Positions 26,103 through 38,470 are shown, numbered from the whole stretch's first letter. The stretch: 63,519 nucleotides of DNA, filler included, from Chiloscyllium plagiosum (GCF_004010195.1; 6 parts of one record of this genome joined end to end with filler, not necessarily neighbours in it); one strand, 5' to 3'. Numbers and translations are program-made. The notes: a model not told the origin generated them from the sequence alone.

Positions 26103-27186
26103 TGAGTCATTGAGCAGTACAGCATGGAAACAGACTCTTCGGCCCAACTCGTCCATGCCAACCAGATCCAGGTAGTTCTCCTATAACGTGGCAGTTGTGT
26201 TCCCATGTGACATCGTGTTGTAGAAAATCGCACAATATAAATAACGTGGCCTATGGGAGAAACAGGGTTAGCAGCAAATCACCAAAAATATCAGTGAAAA
26301 TTGAAATAAAAATACTAGTTAGCCTAACACAGATGAAAGTACAGTCTAAGTAAATCTTTAAACAATGAAAATAATGCAATAAATTTAACTCTTTGACACT
26401 AAAACCACTGACAACAGCACTGCACCTTTCACAAAGCTCTTCACCAGAAAGCGCATGAGCCAACTGACCACGTGATGTCGATGCGAACATCCAGTCTTCC
26501 TTAAGATTCTTCCCCGGTTTGAACTGAAGTTCCTTTGAAATGTAGACACCCATTCCAAATTTCAGGCTAAGTTTCAAGACTTGCAGATCTGGTTACATTC
26601 CTGTTTCAGCTGAACACACTGAGTTTGCGTTTTGCAGACTGAAGATCCTGAGGCTGGGTTTTGCTGTTCAGGTAGTGCCGGGAATGGAATCGCATAACAG
26701 CGGGGGGGTGAGAGTTTGCTTCATAAAAAAAGTCCGTAATTCACAAATCGCTTTACAACTGAATCGCACGTTTTGGAGAACTACCTGTACATCCTAAATA
26801 AATCTAGTCCCATTTGCAAGCATTCGGCCTGTATCCCTCTAAACCCTTCCTATTCATATACCCATCCAGATGCCTTTTAAATGTTGTAATTGTGTCAGCC
26901 TTTCCCACGTCTTCTGGAAGGTCATTCTATACATACACCACACTCTGCATGAAAAAGTTGTCCCTTAGGTCCTTTCAAATCTTTTCCCTCTCACCTTTAA
27001 CCTATGTCCTCTAGTTCTGGACTCCGTTACCTTGAGGAAAAGACCTTGGCTATTCACTTATCCACGCCCCTCATGATTTTATAAATCTCCTCAGCCTCCA
27101 AAGCTCCAGGGTAAAAAGCCCCAGCCTATTCAGCCTCTCCCTGTAGCTCAAACCCTCCAACCCTGGCAACATCCTTGTAAATCTTT
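26103..27186 (-). mobile_element. CR1 3' end containing a DNA transposon
   Basis: gagtcattgagcagtacagcatggaaacagac tail; body resumes at 26790. Confidence 0.85.
26169..26787. mobile_element. Tigger/pogo-like non-autonomous DNA transposon
   Basis: TIRs caggtagttctcctataacg / cgttttggagaactacctg followed by TA. Confidence 0.8.
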
Positions 27187-27442
27187 ATTGTCTGTCTGCA
27201 ATTGTGAAGAGGGCAATTAAGAGACAGCTACTTTACTGTGGGTCTGGAGTCACATGTAGGCCAGACCAGGTAAGGATGACAATATCTTTCCCTAAAGGGC
27301 ATTAGTGAGTCAGATGGATTTTTTTCGACAAACAATGGCAATGATTTCATGGTCATCATTGGACACTTAATTCCACATTTTAATTGAATTCAAATTCCAC
27401 AATGTGCCATACCAGGATTCTAACCCAAGTCCCCAGAACATT

Positions 27443-27668
27443 GAGGAGAAAGTGAGGTCTGCAGATGCTGGAGATCAGAGCTGGAAATGTGTTGCTGGAA
27501 AAGCGCAGCAGGTCAGGCAGCATCCAGGGAACAGGAGAATCGACGTTTCGGGCATAAGCCCTTCTTCAGGAATCATAAGCCCTGAAGAAGGGCTTATGCC
27601 CGCAACGTCGATTCTCCTGTTCCCTGGATGCTGCCTGACCTGCTGCGCTTTTCCAGCAACACATTTCC
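27443..27668. mobile_element. Palindromic mini-PLE with two opposed hammerhead motifs
   Basis: 88-bp arms 27483-27570/27581-27668 with one mismatch; 13-bp TSD tccccagaacatt at 27430-27442 and 27669-27681. Confidence 0.9.
27542..27569 (-). ncRNA. Minimal hammerhead ribozyme core, intact
   Basis: CTGAAGA-A-GGGC-TTAT-GCCC-GAAA-CGTC; mirror copy 27582-27609 has GAAA>GCAA. Confidence 0.75.
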
Positions 27669-28249
27669 TCCCCAGAACATTACCTGGGTTTCTGGATTAA
27701 CAGTCGAATGATAATACTATTAGGATACCGCCATTCCATTTCGGCACACAACTCCATTGAGTATTTTTTGCATTAAGTTTTTGCATTTATCAAAATGATG
27801 GGGTGAGAATCCATGTTTGGACATCACAAGGGTGAATTCTCCACGTGTGAATTTTTGAGATGCCTGCACCAGAAGAGCCAGAGAGCTTCTGCGGGTCTTC
27901 CTTTGAAGTGCAAGTGATTGACAGGAAGAATCCATTTAGGAAATTTAAACTTCCTCCACCCAGTCTCAGCCCGGAGGATGCCCCAGTAGTGAACAATGTT
28001 AGTCTCCCTCGACTTTGCTCGATTAACTCTCCTGGTTAATGCAGTGCCTGTATCAGGTTGTGGTGCAACAGTGGGTAATAAAGATTCAGAACCCTCTGTG
28101 ATATTGCTGACAATTGGATAACATGAAACACTCTACACAAAGGACACTCTACACAAACACACCGACAGCAGATGGCAATAGTGGGAGAGATTCCTTCACG
28201 TAATAGAAAGAACATGGAGCCTCTCACATCATCTGAGCGTACACATTCA

Positions 28250-29065
28250 GAACAGGGCTATGCCATTCCGCCCATCTAGTTTGCTCTGTCATTCAAGTAA
28301 GGCCAATCTAATTTGTGCTTTTAATTCCACATTCCCAATTGCCCCTCAACTGTTAATTCCCTTGTCCAACAGAAAATTATCCAACTTCTCCTGGTAAATA
28401 TTCAATGATCCTGCTTTTACCACCTTCTGAGCAGACAGTTTGGCAGAGAGTCCCAAAGTCACACAAACCTCTGAAGAAAAAGATATTCGAAAATGCAACC
28501 CATAAGTTTTAGGCAGTGTCTTCTGGTTCTGGATTTGCCACTAGATGAAATATCATTTCCACAAGCATTTTACCAAAACCAGTGAAGATCTTATAGGTTT
28601 CAATTATCACCCCTCACTCACACATTTTCATGCCTCCCTAAATAGGAGGAGCAAAATTCCTGACAGTATTTGAGATGTAGTCTTACCAATGTCCTTCAGC
28701 CCATACAGAATCATAGTAAATCTCCTCTGCACGCTCTCTACTTCAGCTGTGACTTGAATTGCATGCAGTACTCCATCTGTGACCTAACCAGCATTTTATT
28801 CAGTTCCAACATAACCTCCATAGTCTTGTATGGCGCAGCTAATAATGGCAAGTATCCCATATACCTTTTTAATCACTTTATCTAGCTGCCCTGCTACCTT
28901 CAGGGATCTGTGGATCCACACACCAAGCTTCCTCTGCTCTTCCACAGTCCTACCATCAATCGTGTCATCCCTTGCCTTATCAGTCCTCTTCAAGTATATT
29001 ACCTTGAACTTTTCGAGGATGAATTCCAATTGTCAATGCTCTAACCGATGACCAGTTCATTGATA
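28250..29065 (-). mobile_element. Old CR1 fragments
   Basis: LGVWIHRSLKVAGQLDKVIKKVYGILA; decayed 3' UTR. Confidence 0.7.
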
Positions 29066-29081
29066 TTATTATGATTCCAGA

Positions 29082-29993
29082 TGATATTATTACTGGGTAA
29101 GTCAGATCACAGTCTGAAATCTCACACAGCAGAGTTTGGATTGTTTTGTTTGATTTTAAGAAAGTGGTCTCACTAAAACACAAGCATGCAACTTTGAAGA
29201 TTTTGTATTAACATTAAACCAAAAATTTATTTTACAGAAGAAATAAAGATAAAATGGAATAAACCAGACATAGTACGTAACACATATTTAAAGGATTCAA
29301 AATGCAGGCTAGAAATATAACTCATTAATCTCGAAATCAGATTTTCCTGTTACAGATTCCAGAAATAGTCCTTTACAGTACTCACACCAGAGAAAACCTC
29401 TTTCTTCAATCACCTCTATTGGTTAAATTAATTTAACTGATTCTTCAAGTCCCCGACTGGAATATCTGATCGTTTCTTCCTGAGGTTTTCAAACTCTTGA
29501 ATTTAAACTTCCTCAGCTTCAAATAACCTCTTAAGGGTTATATCCAAACACTTTTGGTCTGGAACTATTGGTAAACTCCTTACTCTGAAGCAATCTATTT
29601 CTTAACAACTCAGAACTTCTCCCTTTCTCAGGAGCAACTGCTTTACACATGCATCGTCAACTAAGAATTCTGCAGAACTACCCCAAACTTAAAGTAAAAC
29701 AGAAAAGCTTCTCTCCAAGATATGGGTGTTTCTGCCTCAGCTTAAAAACAAAGTCCAGAGTCTTCCATGAGAAAGCCCAATGCCTGTTTACCATAAACTC
29801 TCCAAACAACAACCCTTTAGCTTTTTAGAGGCTGCCTCTATCAAATTGCTTTAAAAGAAGGCACTGATATTTGAAAAAAACTGCCAAATTAATCAGTAAA
29901 TCCCTTCAGACAGACAGAAATCCATCTGATACTATTTTAAAATTCAAAAATCTAACTCAAAATAATTACATTAAAATCATACACCTTACATCA
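29082..29993 (-). mobile_element. Possible solo LTR
   Basis: TGAT...ATCA ends, minus-strand AATAAA near the left end, non-coding; no clear TSD. Confidence 0.35.
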
Positions 29994-30138
29994 CCTTAGA
30001 AATAGAATTGATAATAATCATTTTCTAGACACTCACAAAACTTCCCCTATAGTAGATTAAGAAGTAGTTCCAAACAGCCAGCACTCTCCACCTGGGTTCA
30101 TTTCATTTCACTCACTCCTTCTCACTGATGCCTCTAGT

Positions 30139-30149
30139 ATGAGTGTGTC

Positions 30150-30185
<36 letters not shown>

Positions 30186-30237
30186 TGTCTGTCTGTCTGT
30201 GTGTGTGTGTGTGTCTGTCTGTGTGTGCGCGCGCGTG
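30139..30237. repeat. (GT)n/(GTCT)n microsatellite
   Basis: Direct reading. Confidence 0.97.
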
Positions 30238-30387
30238 CCTTTGGGTCCTCCTTTCACTCACTTCTTCTCACTGATGCTGACTGCCTTTGGGTCCTCCTGT
30301 TGCTTGCTCTTCTACAGATGCTGACAGACTTGAGGTTCTCCTTTCACCTCCATCTTCCTCACGAATGGATCCTCAGACCCGGGGAGA

Positions 30388-30735
30388 GGGAGGCAATGTT
30401 CTAGTGGTATTATCACTAGACTATTAACCTAGAAACGCAGGCAATATCCTGGAAATTTCAGCTGGTATCCCACTATGCCAGATGGTGGAATGTGAATCCA
30501 ATAAAGGTTTTGAAGTAAGCATCTAGCGATGACCATGAAACCATTGTCAATTGTCAGGAAACAAAATGTCTAGTTCACTAATGTCTTTTAGGGAAGGAAA
30601 CTGCCATCCTTACCAGGTCTGCCCTACTTGTGACTCTAGACCCACAGCAGTGAACTCTGAACTGCCCTCTGGGCAATTAGGGGTGCGTTGGTCTGACTGT
30701 TGATGTCCACATCCTGTAAATAAAATGGAAAAAAA
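30388..30735 (+). mobile_element. tRNA-derived SINE with MetaSINE-like core
   Basis: A-box-like tgttctagtggta; core gttcactaatgtctttttagggaaggaaactgccatccttaccaggtctgccctacttgtgactctagaccc; A-rich tail. Confidence 0.7.
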
Positions 30736-31209
30736 AACTAAATGTGAATGCTTGAGAGTCAAACAGTAATTGTACAGATGCTGGTTTCTCAGTAGGATGT
30801 TTCATGAGATTCTTAAACCATGATAGATTTCCACTGAACTGTAAAAAGCCCCTGGAGCTTATATTCCCTCTTCCTCCACCTCCTCTCCTTACGGTATTTG
30901 TTTTGCTTTCCACAGTCTTCAGTTGTGAAATCTCCCTCAGTGAGACTGCAACTTGAGATAGCTTTAATTCCATTTGTGTGGGTCTGATGCAACCCAGACC
31001 AGCAAAATCACTCAGATATCAAACATAAAATTAATACAATGCTGCTCCACAACTAAAAACTCAAGAATCCCTGCAAACCATAGATAAAATCAAACCTGAA
31101 GCAATTAATTAATTATTTTGGTCACAAGTGCAGTTCAAGGGGAAAGTGGTCATTGGAATGATTCAGATATGACTATTCAGCTTTGAATTCCAATCAGATT
31201 CTGGCAGAG

Positions 31210-31413
31210 TCTTTACTCAGTGAGTCATGAGTTCATGGAATGATCTGCCAGAAGCAGTGGTGGACTCTGCCTCTTTATGGGCATTTAAGCGGGCATTGGA
31301 TAGGCATATGGAGGATAGTGGGCTAGTGTAGGTTAGGTGGGCTTGGATCGGCGCAACATCGAGGGCCAAAGGGCCTGTACTGCGCTGTATTCTTCTATGT
31401 TCTATGTTCTATG
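31210..31413 (+). mobile_element. CR1 3' end
   Basis: tggaatgatctgccagaagcagtggtgg...(ttctatg)3 tail. Confidence 0.85.
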
Positions 31414-31675
31414 AGATGGCTTTAAAATCTGATTCAACAGTTGACTTTGATGATCAAAAGAAGCTTCAGCAAACCCAACCCAGCTTCAGTCCATGGCATC
31501 AGTTTGACAGCTAAATGGTAATCTCGTTCTGCCAGAGCAGCGGTGTTAAAAATGTCACCTGGTGAAATTCATTGACAGAGATAGAGCAGGTTTACCCTCG
31601 CCAGGGAGTGCCTGATACTGGACATCCAGGAGGTCGGAATGGAAAGCTTTTCACATACCCTCATCCAGTCAAGGA

Positions 31676-31860
31676 AAAGTCACCATCATCCTAAAGGACC
31701 ATACGGCTGTTCTCTTATTAGACAAGTGGTGGTCTAACCTGAGGGTCTGAGAGGGTGGGACCTCCATGGTAATCTCAATTGGTGCGAATTCAAACCCGTA
31801 CTGTCTGCATCACTCTCCATTGCAAATCAGCCAACCAACCAACTGAACTAACCAATCCTT
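31676..31860 (-). mobile_element. tRNA-derived SINE; partially duplicated at 32212-32378
   Basis: Minus strand ggtTAGTTCAGTTGG (A box) and ggGTTTGAATTCg (B box). Confidence 0.7.
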
Positions 31861-31871
31861 CCCCTCATTTG

Positions 31872-32069
31872 GTGTATATATATATGTATGTGTGTATATA
31901 TATGTATATATGTTATATATGTGTGTGTATATATATATATATACACACACATATATATTATATATACATATATATACACACATACATATATACACATACA
32001 TATACACATACATATACACACATATATACATACATATACACACATATATACATACATATACACACATAC

Positions 32070-32106
<37 letters not shown>

Positions 32107-32123
32107 CACACACATATACATAC
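31872..32123. repeat. Compound (TA)/(TG)/(CA) microsatellite
   Basis: Direct reading; explains the YI/HT-rich pseudo-ORFs. Confidence 0.97.
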
Positions 32124-33628
32124 CAACATGTAGGTTTAGAAATAAAAGAAAAATAATTGTCTATGGGGTGAGTTAATGGTCTGGTTTTGTGACCCACACT
32201 ACATGGCCAACCTGTTCTCTTATTAGACAAGTGGTGGTCTAACCTGAGGGTCTGAGAGGGTGGGACCTCCATGGTAATCTCAATTGGTGCGAATTCAAAC
32301 CCGTACTGTCTGCATCACTCTCCATTACAAATCAGCCAACCAACCAACTGAACTAACCAATCCTTCTCCTCATTTGGTATTATATATATATATGCATATA
32401 TATATATATAATGTGCACACTTTGATCCACTCATGTGGATCTGTATGGACAGCTGATACCTGAGCAAACCTTGAAGGTGTCAGGACTGCAATAGATAGAG
32501 TTAGGTAGGCTATTGAAAGAAATGGAGCCATTGGCAGAACAGGATCTGAGTGCCCTACTCCTATTACAACAGTACACTTGCCCATAACAGAACTCAATAG
32601 CAGTGTGTGCTGGAATGATTTAGGGCAGAAGACCCTGTAATAGAAGCCATGTGATGTCAGTAAGATCAGATAAACTGTGTTACAGGCACCAACCTCCCTG
32701 CTCAATTGCCCCTGCACCCCATTCTGGCAGACTGATCAAAGCAGATTTCTGAGTGAAAATAAATTGGCTAAGATGTTGGATCTGATTTTAAAACAACTTG
32801 AAATATTGTCATTGAGTCAAATTGCCAGTCTCACCAAGAAAGCATTCAGACTGGCTAAACCATAATCTGTCTCCTTCATATTCTCTTACAATTTCAGAAA
32901 GACTTCATTGGCTGTAACGTTCTTTGGGACATCCTGTGGAAGTGAACTGTGTTATATGGAATGCAGTGCTTTCTCAAAATTAGGAAAACTCACAGATAGA
33001 GATACAGACTGATCAAAGCAGCCGGTATTATCTCTTTGTTACATTTCTCACTGTAAGGTGTAGAGTACATTAAAAGAAATGGCACCGATGCTATTACTGA
33101 CTCAGTATGGAGCTAAATGTAATTGTTCACTTTTCTGTAGCTATTCATGGATCAGGAGAGTTAGGTAAGGAAGCTGTCTGGTTTCCATGGTAGTAATTGT
33201 CAACTCCCTTCATACGGAATATCTAATAGAAGAGGTCTCATTAATTTTAAAAAGGGATATATTGCAGTGAAAAAGCTATCTTGGACCCAGCCTTGTACAC
33301 TTTGCTTTACTAGAGAAATGGTGAAATATCAATCTGTACCTTCAGTTACCTGAACAGTGACAGTTTTTAATATTTTAAAGTAACCGCTTCCAGAGAAATT
33401 TCAATCCAACTCAAAAAGCCCCAACTCAAAGAAGGTAGCATTGAAAACCAGTGATTAATTTGATAAGTTTTTAAATAGTGATAATGCAACATGGACATTC
33501 ATAAATCCATCTCCTTTGAATGTATAACAAAGCTTGCATTCATATACTGCCTCAAAGTTATACCCATTCTATTGTCTCTTTATGCAGCTTAGTGTTAACA
33601 TTTGTTTGATAATGCTCCTGTGAAATGT

Positions 33629-33833
33629 CATGATTTGGAGACGCCGGTGTTGGACTGGGGTGTACAAAGTTAAAAATCATATAACACCAGGTTATAGTCC
33701 AACAGGTTTATTTGGAAGCACTAGCTTTTGGAGCACTGCTCCTTCATCTGATGCTCAACCATCTGATGAAGGAGCAGCGAGTGCTTCCAAATAAACCTGT
33801 TGGACTATAATCTGATGTCGTGTGATTTTTAAC
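33629..33833. mobile_element. Palindromic mini-PLE (AGCT-hammerhead family)
   Basis: Inverted arms around ~33750; 12-bp TSD cctgtgaaatgt at 33617-33628 and 33834-33845. Confidence 0.85.
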
Positions 33834-33869
33834 CCTGTGAAATGTGTTTGCCTTGTAATGCATTTGCAA

Positions 33870-34200
33870 CACACAAGAGGTTTTGGACATTGAAGGTATC
33901 TATAACTAAGGGACTCAATTTTGAAATAATGGATTTGCTATTTAAGTTTGAGATAAAAAGGAATATCTTCTCCCAGACAGTGGAATCAGTCTTTGGCATT
34001 CTCTTCCCCAGACAGCACTAAAGCTTGTGTCCTGGTATATATTCAAGACTGGATTAGACAGCCCTTTGACCTGCAAAGGTGCCAAGGAGGAGTGGCAGCA
34101 AAGTCATGTTGAGGCTACAGTCAGATCAACCATGGTCTTACTGATGGTGGAGCAGGCTTAAGGTTTGAATGGCCTACTCCTGCTCCTTCTCTGATGTTCT
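33870..34200 (+). mobile_element. Old CR1 3' end
   Basis: ataactaagggactcaattttgaaataa...gaatggcctactcctgctcct. Confidence 0.65.
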
Positions 34201-34374
34201 TAGGGTCCAGTACTGGAACTGCAAGGCCCCTCATGACCAGAACAATGTGCATTCCATGCACATTAAATATCCAGTCAACCAATATACAGGTACTCACATT
34301 TATATCATTAATTACATTCATAATTTTTCTTTTGCTGTGTTCACTGTCAAATAGGTAACCACTCTGTTGACAAT

Positions 34375-34700
34375 TGAACATGCTTGCATTCATGTGGTGC
34401 CTTTTCACATAGTAAAACACCCCAAAATGCTTCACAGGGAGTTAACTGATATTGGACACCAAGATGCATAAGGAGATATTGGGACAGATGTTTGATGAAT
34501 GCGATAGATTTTAAGGAGGGACTTAAAGGAGGAAAGAGAGGTAGAGAGGTTACAAGAGCGCATTTGAGATTCTAGGACCCAGGCAACTGAAGGCAATTCT
34601 ACCCTGGATGGAGCAATTAAAATGGAGGATGCACCAAAGGTAAGGAGGGGTGGAGGGCTTTCGGACTGGAGGAGAAATGATAGCAAAACCATGGATGAAC
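34375..34700 (-). mobile_element. L2 LINE 3' end
   Basis: Minus strand STSLSSFKSLLKIY then tail ctgtgaagcattttggggtgttttactatgtgaaaaggc. Confidence 0.65.
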
Positions 34701-34973
34701 TTTGAAATTTGACACTGTGCTATCTAATTATGACAGCTGACCAAAAGCTTCATCAAAGGCTGCTGCTCCAGGTTAAAATCTGCACCAGTTAGACCAGGGA
34801 GTTAATTTAATAACAACAAGGGATCACCCATCTGATCTCTCACCAGTTGCTGTTGGACTGACTGTATTTGTCCAAGGGTAGAGGGCTCACTAGAGGTGAG
34901 AGCGGAAAGATTTAAAAGGGACTTGAGGGGCAACATTTTCACACAGTCTGTGTATGGAATGAGCTGCCAGAGG

Positions 34974-35155
34974 AGGAACCGGAAGTTACTGGAAAGATGG
35001 AGGGCATGGTTGGTGTCAGGGATATATGTGGGAAGAGCCTGAACTAAGGGGGAGATGATGGAGTCAAGAGAGGACGAGATGAATTCGGTGGGGCAGGAGG
35101 ATGCAGAGATGATGGGTTGGCCACGGTAGTTGGGCTTGTGGATCTTGGGGGGCAT
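34974..35155 (-). mobile_element. PLE RT N-terminal internal fragment
   Basis: PKIHKPNYRGQPIISASSCPTEFISSSLDSIISPLVQALPTYIPDTNHAL. Confidence 0.85.
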
Positions 35156-35321
35156 AATAATGGAATGACCTATCTTCTCAAAGTATGTCACACATCTATA
35201 TTTCCATTATTGGTCTGTTCTCAGTGTGATGTATTCACACCTGACAAGGTATATCAGATCTGTCCTGTTAGCAATAATATTCAGCCAGAGCATTTGCCAC
35301 AGTCTATCCCATTTACAGAAC

Positions 35322-36527
35322 AGTGAGGCAAGGAATAGGGAGAGACAGGAGTTGAACGGGGGGGGGGAGGGTTTTGGATTCTTGTATAATTGGGGCTCTT
35401 TCTGGGGTAGGTGGGACCTCTACAAGCAGGATGGTCTTCATCTGAACCAGAGGGGTACCAATATCCTGGGGGGGAAATTCACAAAAGTTATTGGGGTGGG
35501 TTTAAACTAATCCAGCAGGGGGATGGGAACTAAAATTGTAGTTTGAGTATAGAAAAGGTTGAGAGTAGGGAGGTCCGAAATCAAGTTTCAGGGACGCAAG
35601 ATGGCACCGGCAAGCAAGAAGTTGGTTTGAAGTGTGTCTACTTCAACACCAGGAGCATCCAGAATCAGGTGGGTGAACTTGCAGCATGGGTAGGTACCTA
35701 GGACTTCAATGGTTAGAGCAGGGATAGGAATGGTTGTTGCAGGTTCCGGGATTTCGATGTTTCAGTAAGAACAGAGAAGATGGTAAAAGAGAGAGAAGTG
35801 TGGCATTGTTGGTCAAGGACAGTATTACAGTTGCAGAAAGGATGTCTGGGGACTCGTCAACTGAGGTAGTATGTGCTGAAGTTAGAAACAGGAAAGGAGA
35901 GTTCACCCTGTTGGGAGTTTTCTATAGGCCTCCGAATAGTTCCAGAGATGGAGAGGAAAAGATAGCAAAGATGATTCTCGATAGGAGTGGTAGTTGTCAT
36001 GGGGGACTTCAACTTTCCAAATATTGACTGGGAACACTATAGTACGAGTACTATAGATGGATCAGTTTTTGTCCAGTGTGTGCAGGAGGGCTTCCTGACA
36101 CAGTATGTAGACCGGCCAACAAGGGGCGAAGCCACATTAGATTTGGTACTGGGTAATGAGCCTGGCCAGGTGTTACACTTGGAAGAAGGTGAGCACTTTG
36201 GAGATAGCGATCACAATTCTGTTATGTTTACTTTAGTGATAGAAAGAGATATGAGCCTGGCCAGGTGTTACACTTGGAAGAAGGTGAGCACTTTGGAGAT
36301 AGCGATCACAATTCTGTTATGTTTACTTTAGTGATAGAAAGAGATAGGTGTATACCACTGGGCAAGAGTTATAGCTGGGGGAAAGGCATTTACGATGCGA
36401 TTAGGCAAGATTTAGGAAGTATAGGATGGGGAACGAAACTGCAGGGGATAGGCACATTAGAAGGAAAAGCTACTGTGTGTCCTAGATAAGTATGTACCTG
36501 TCAGGCAGGGAGGAAGCTGTAGAGCGC
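35322..36527 (+). mobile_element. CR1 ORF1 esterase end and ORF2 endonuclease
   Basis: DLYKQDGLHLNQRG, GVFYRPPNS, MGDFNFPNIDW, SDHNSV; exact 95-bp tandem duplication 36156-36345. Confidence 0.92.
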
Positions 36528-36627
36528 NNNNNNNNNNNNNNNNNNNNNNNNNNNNNNNNNNNNNNNNNNNNTTAATTAATTAANNNNNNNNNNNNNNNNN
36601 NNNNNNNNNNNNNNNNNNNNNNNNNNN

Positions 36628-37100
36628 GGGTGACAGCGCTGAGGATGGCTACCCGCCTTCTGGCTCTCTGTCTGCCCCTACATACCATTGGGCTCTCACC
36701 CACCCTGTTGCACATCTGACCAGTGGGCTATCCTGGCACACCTTTCGGCCACCTCTAGGACAGCCCGTCCCCTTCCCTGGGACGACAGCGTGTAGGGTAG
36801 CCCACAAGCCTTCCGGATCTCAGCCCGCCCCTACGTGCCTTCTGGCTCTCGGCTGCTCTGACACCTTGCGACCACCTCTAGGACAGCCCGTCCCGATTAC
36901 CCCTTATCGGGACGACAGTGCTCAGAACAGCCTACCCACCATCTAGCTCTCGGGGTGACCTACCCACCCTCTGGCTTTTAGGACAGCCTACCAACCTTCA
37001 GATTCACAGCATGGCCTACCCACCCTCTGGCTCTCAGGGTGACAGCTTTCAGGACGACCCATGAGCCTCCCGGCTCACAGCAAGGCCTGCCAGACCCAGG
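36628..37100. repeat. GC-rich degenerate tandem repeat (gacagcc...ctggctct units)
   Basis: Recurrent ggacagcccgtccc / cctacccaccctctggctct motifs. Confidence 0.65.
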
Positions 37101-37834
37101 GACACGCAAGACAGTGTGGGTGATAGACCCAGGAAACACCACAACACAGTTAGTTACCAAAAAAAAAACCTCCTTTCTGGTACACAGTCCAAATTTATAC
37201 AGTTTTCAAGATATGGAATCCATTTCCAGGAAGAGTCCACTCCAGTATACAATGTGCAATGTCAGAATTAGAGGCCACTCCAAACTGCAGAGTCCATTGT
37301 TAAAAACAGTCCACAATCAAGGGCAGAGTCCACTCCTGGAGGCAGCAAATGCACACCCCACAGCACACAGTTCAGTCTCAATGGAGTCCTGGTCCAGCCT
37401 TGGAGAGCCAGCCTCACAAGAACACAGTACATAGTACAGGTGCAGTTAACTCATAGGGGTTTGGTCCACTCCTGAAGAAAAGGTCTTCTCCCAAACTCCA
37501 GTATACAGCAACTGCTCACCTCCCAGCACACACACAGGTGTTCAATCTTCAAAGGCCCAGTCCCAGGACTAGGCCTCCCCACAGGAACAGCTCCTCTGGT
37601 AAAATGCATGTCTTCCACAGGACTCAGTCCAAAACACCAATAAAAAGTGAAGACACATACAAAAAACAAAGAAAACTACAGTCCAAGGGCTAAGCCCTAC
37701 CATAAAAATTAACATTGTCCTTTTCTCGAAAAGGAGTAGCACACAGGCTGTAACCAGCCAGTGAAACAACAACCCCCTAATGAGAGCTGAGTTACACCTG
37801 AAACACATTATGTGCATCAGGAGTTTAACAATCA

Positions 37835-38470
37835 GTCCTCACTAAAAGGAATGCCTCCCCAGTGGAGGGCTCTCTACGCGGGAGTCCTCCCCCTTTCTCT
37901 CGGGGATCTGGGGTGGAGGGTGCTGCACGCAGCAGTCCCCTGCAACCNNNNNNNNNNNNNNNNNNNNNNNNNNNNNNNNNNNNNNNNNNNNNNNNNNNNN
38001 NNNNNNNNNNNNNNNNNNNNNNNNNNNNNNNNNNNNNNNNNNNNNNNNNNNNNNNNNNNNNNNNNNNNNNNNNNNNNNNNNNNNNNNNNNNNNNNNNNNN
38101 NNNNNNNNNNNNNNNNNNNNNNNNNNNNNNNNNNNNNNNNNNNNNNNNNNNNNNNNNNNNNNNNNNNNNNNNNNNNNNNNNNNNNNNNNNNNNNNNNNNN
38201 NNNNNNNNNNNNNNNNNNNNNNNNNNNNNNNNNNNNNNNNNNNNNNNNNNNNNNNNNNNNNNNNNNNNNNNNNNNNNNNNNNNNNNNNNNNNNNNNNAAA
38301 ATAAGCACTACCGCACTTAGGTGGTAGTGTGGGGGTTAAATTATAAAAAAAAAGAAAAAGAAAAAAAAATAAACAGGTAGTAAAAAAAAAAGGAGTGCCA
38401 ACACTACCGCACTTAGGTGGTAGTGTGGGGGTTAAAATTAAAAAAAACAAAAAACAAAAAAATAAACAGG
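37835..38470 (+). mobile_element. Tx1-clade LINE C-terminal region and duplicated 3' end with poly(A)
   Basis: WRALYAGVLPLSLGDLGWRVLHAAVPCN (zf-RVT-like); two copies of hairpin cactaccgcacttaggtggtagtg plus A-tail. Confidence 0.65.

Larger units (their letters stand above)
26040..27735 (-). mobile_element. tRNA-derived SINE (MetaSINE-like core) split by CR1, Tigger-like and PLE insertions
   Basis: Tail 26040-26100 and body ~27195-27735 are the reverse complement of the copy at 30388-30735. Confidence 0.65.

Noticed and set aside
30896..30990. Strong splice-acceptor-like tract tttgttttgctttccacag
   Set aside because: No convincing donor or recognisable peptide downstream
31779..32272. Overlapping YI/HT-rich ORFs
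   Set aside because: Translation of a dinucleotide microsatellite; the same applies to 2257-2986 and 30139-30404
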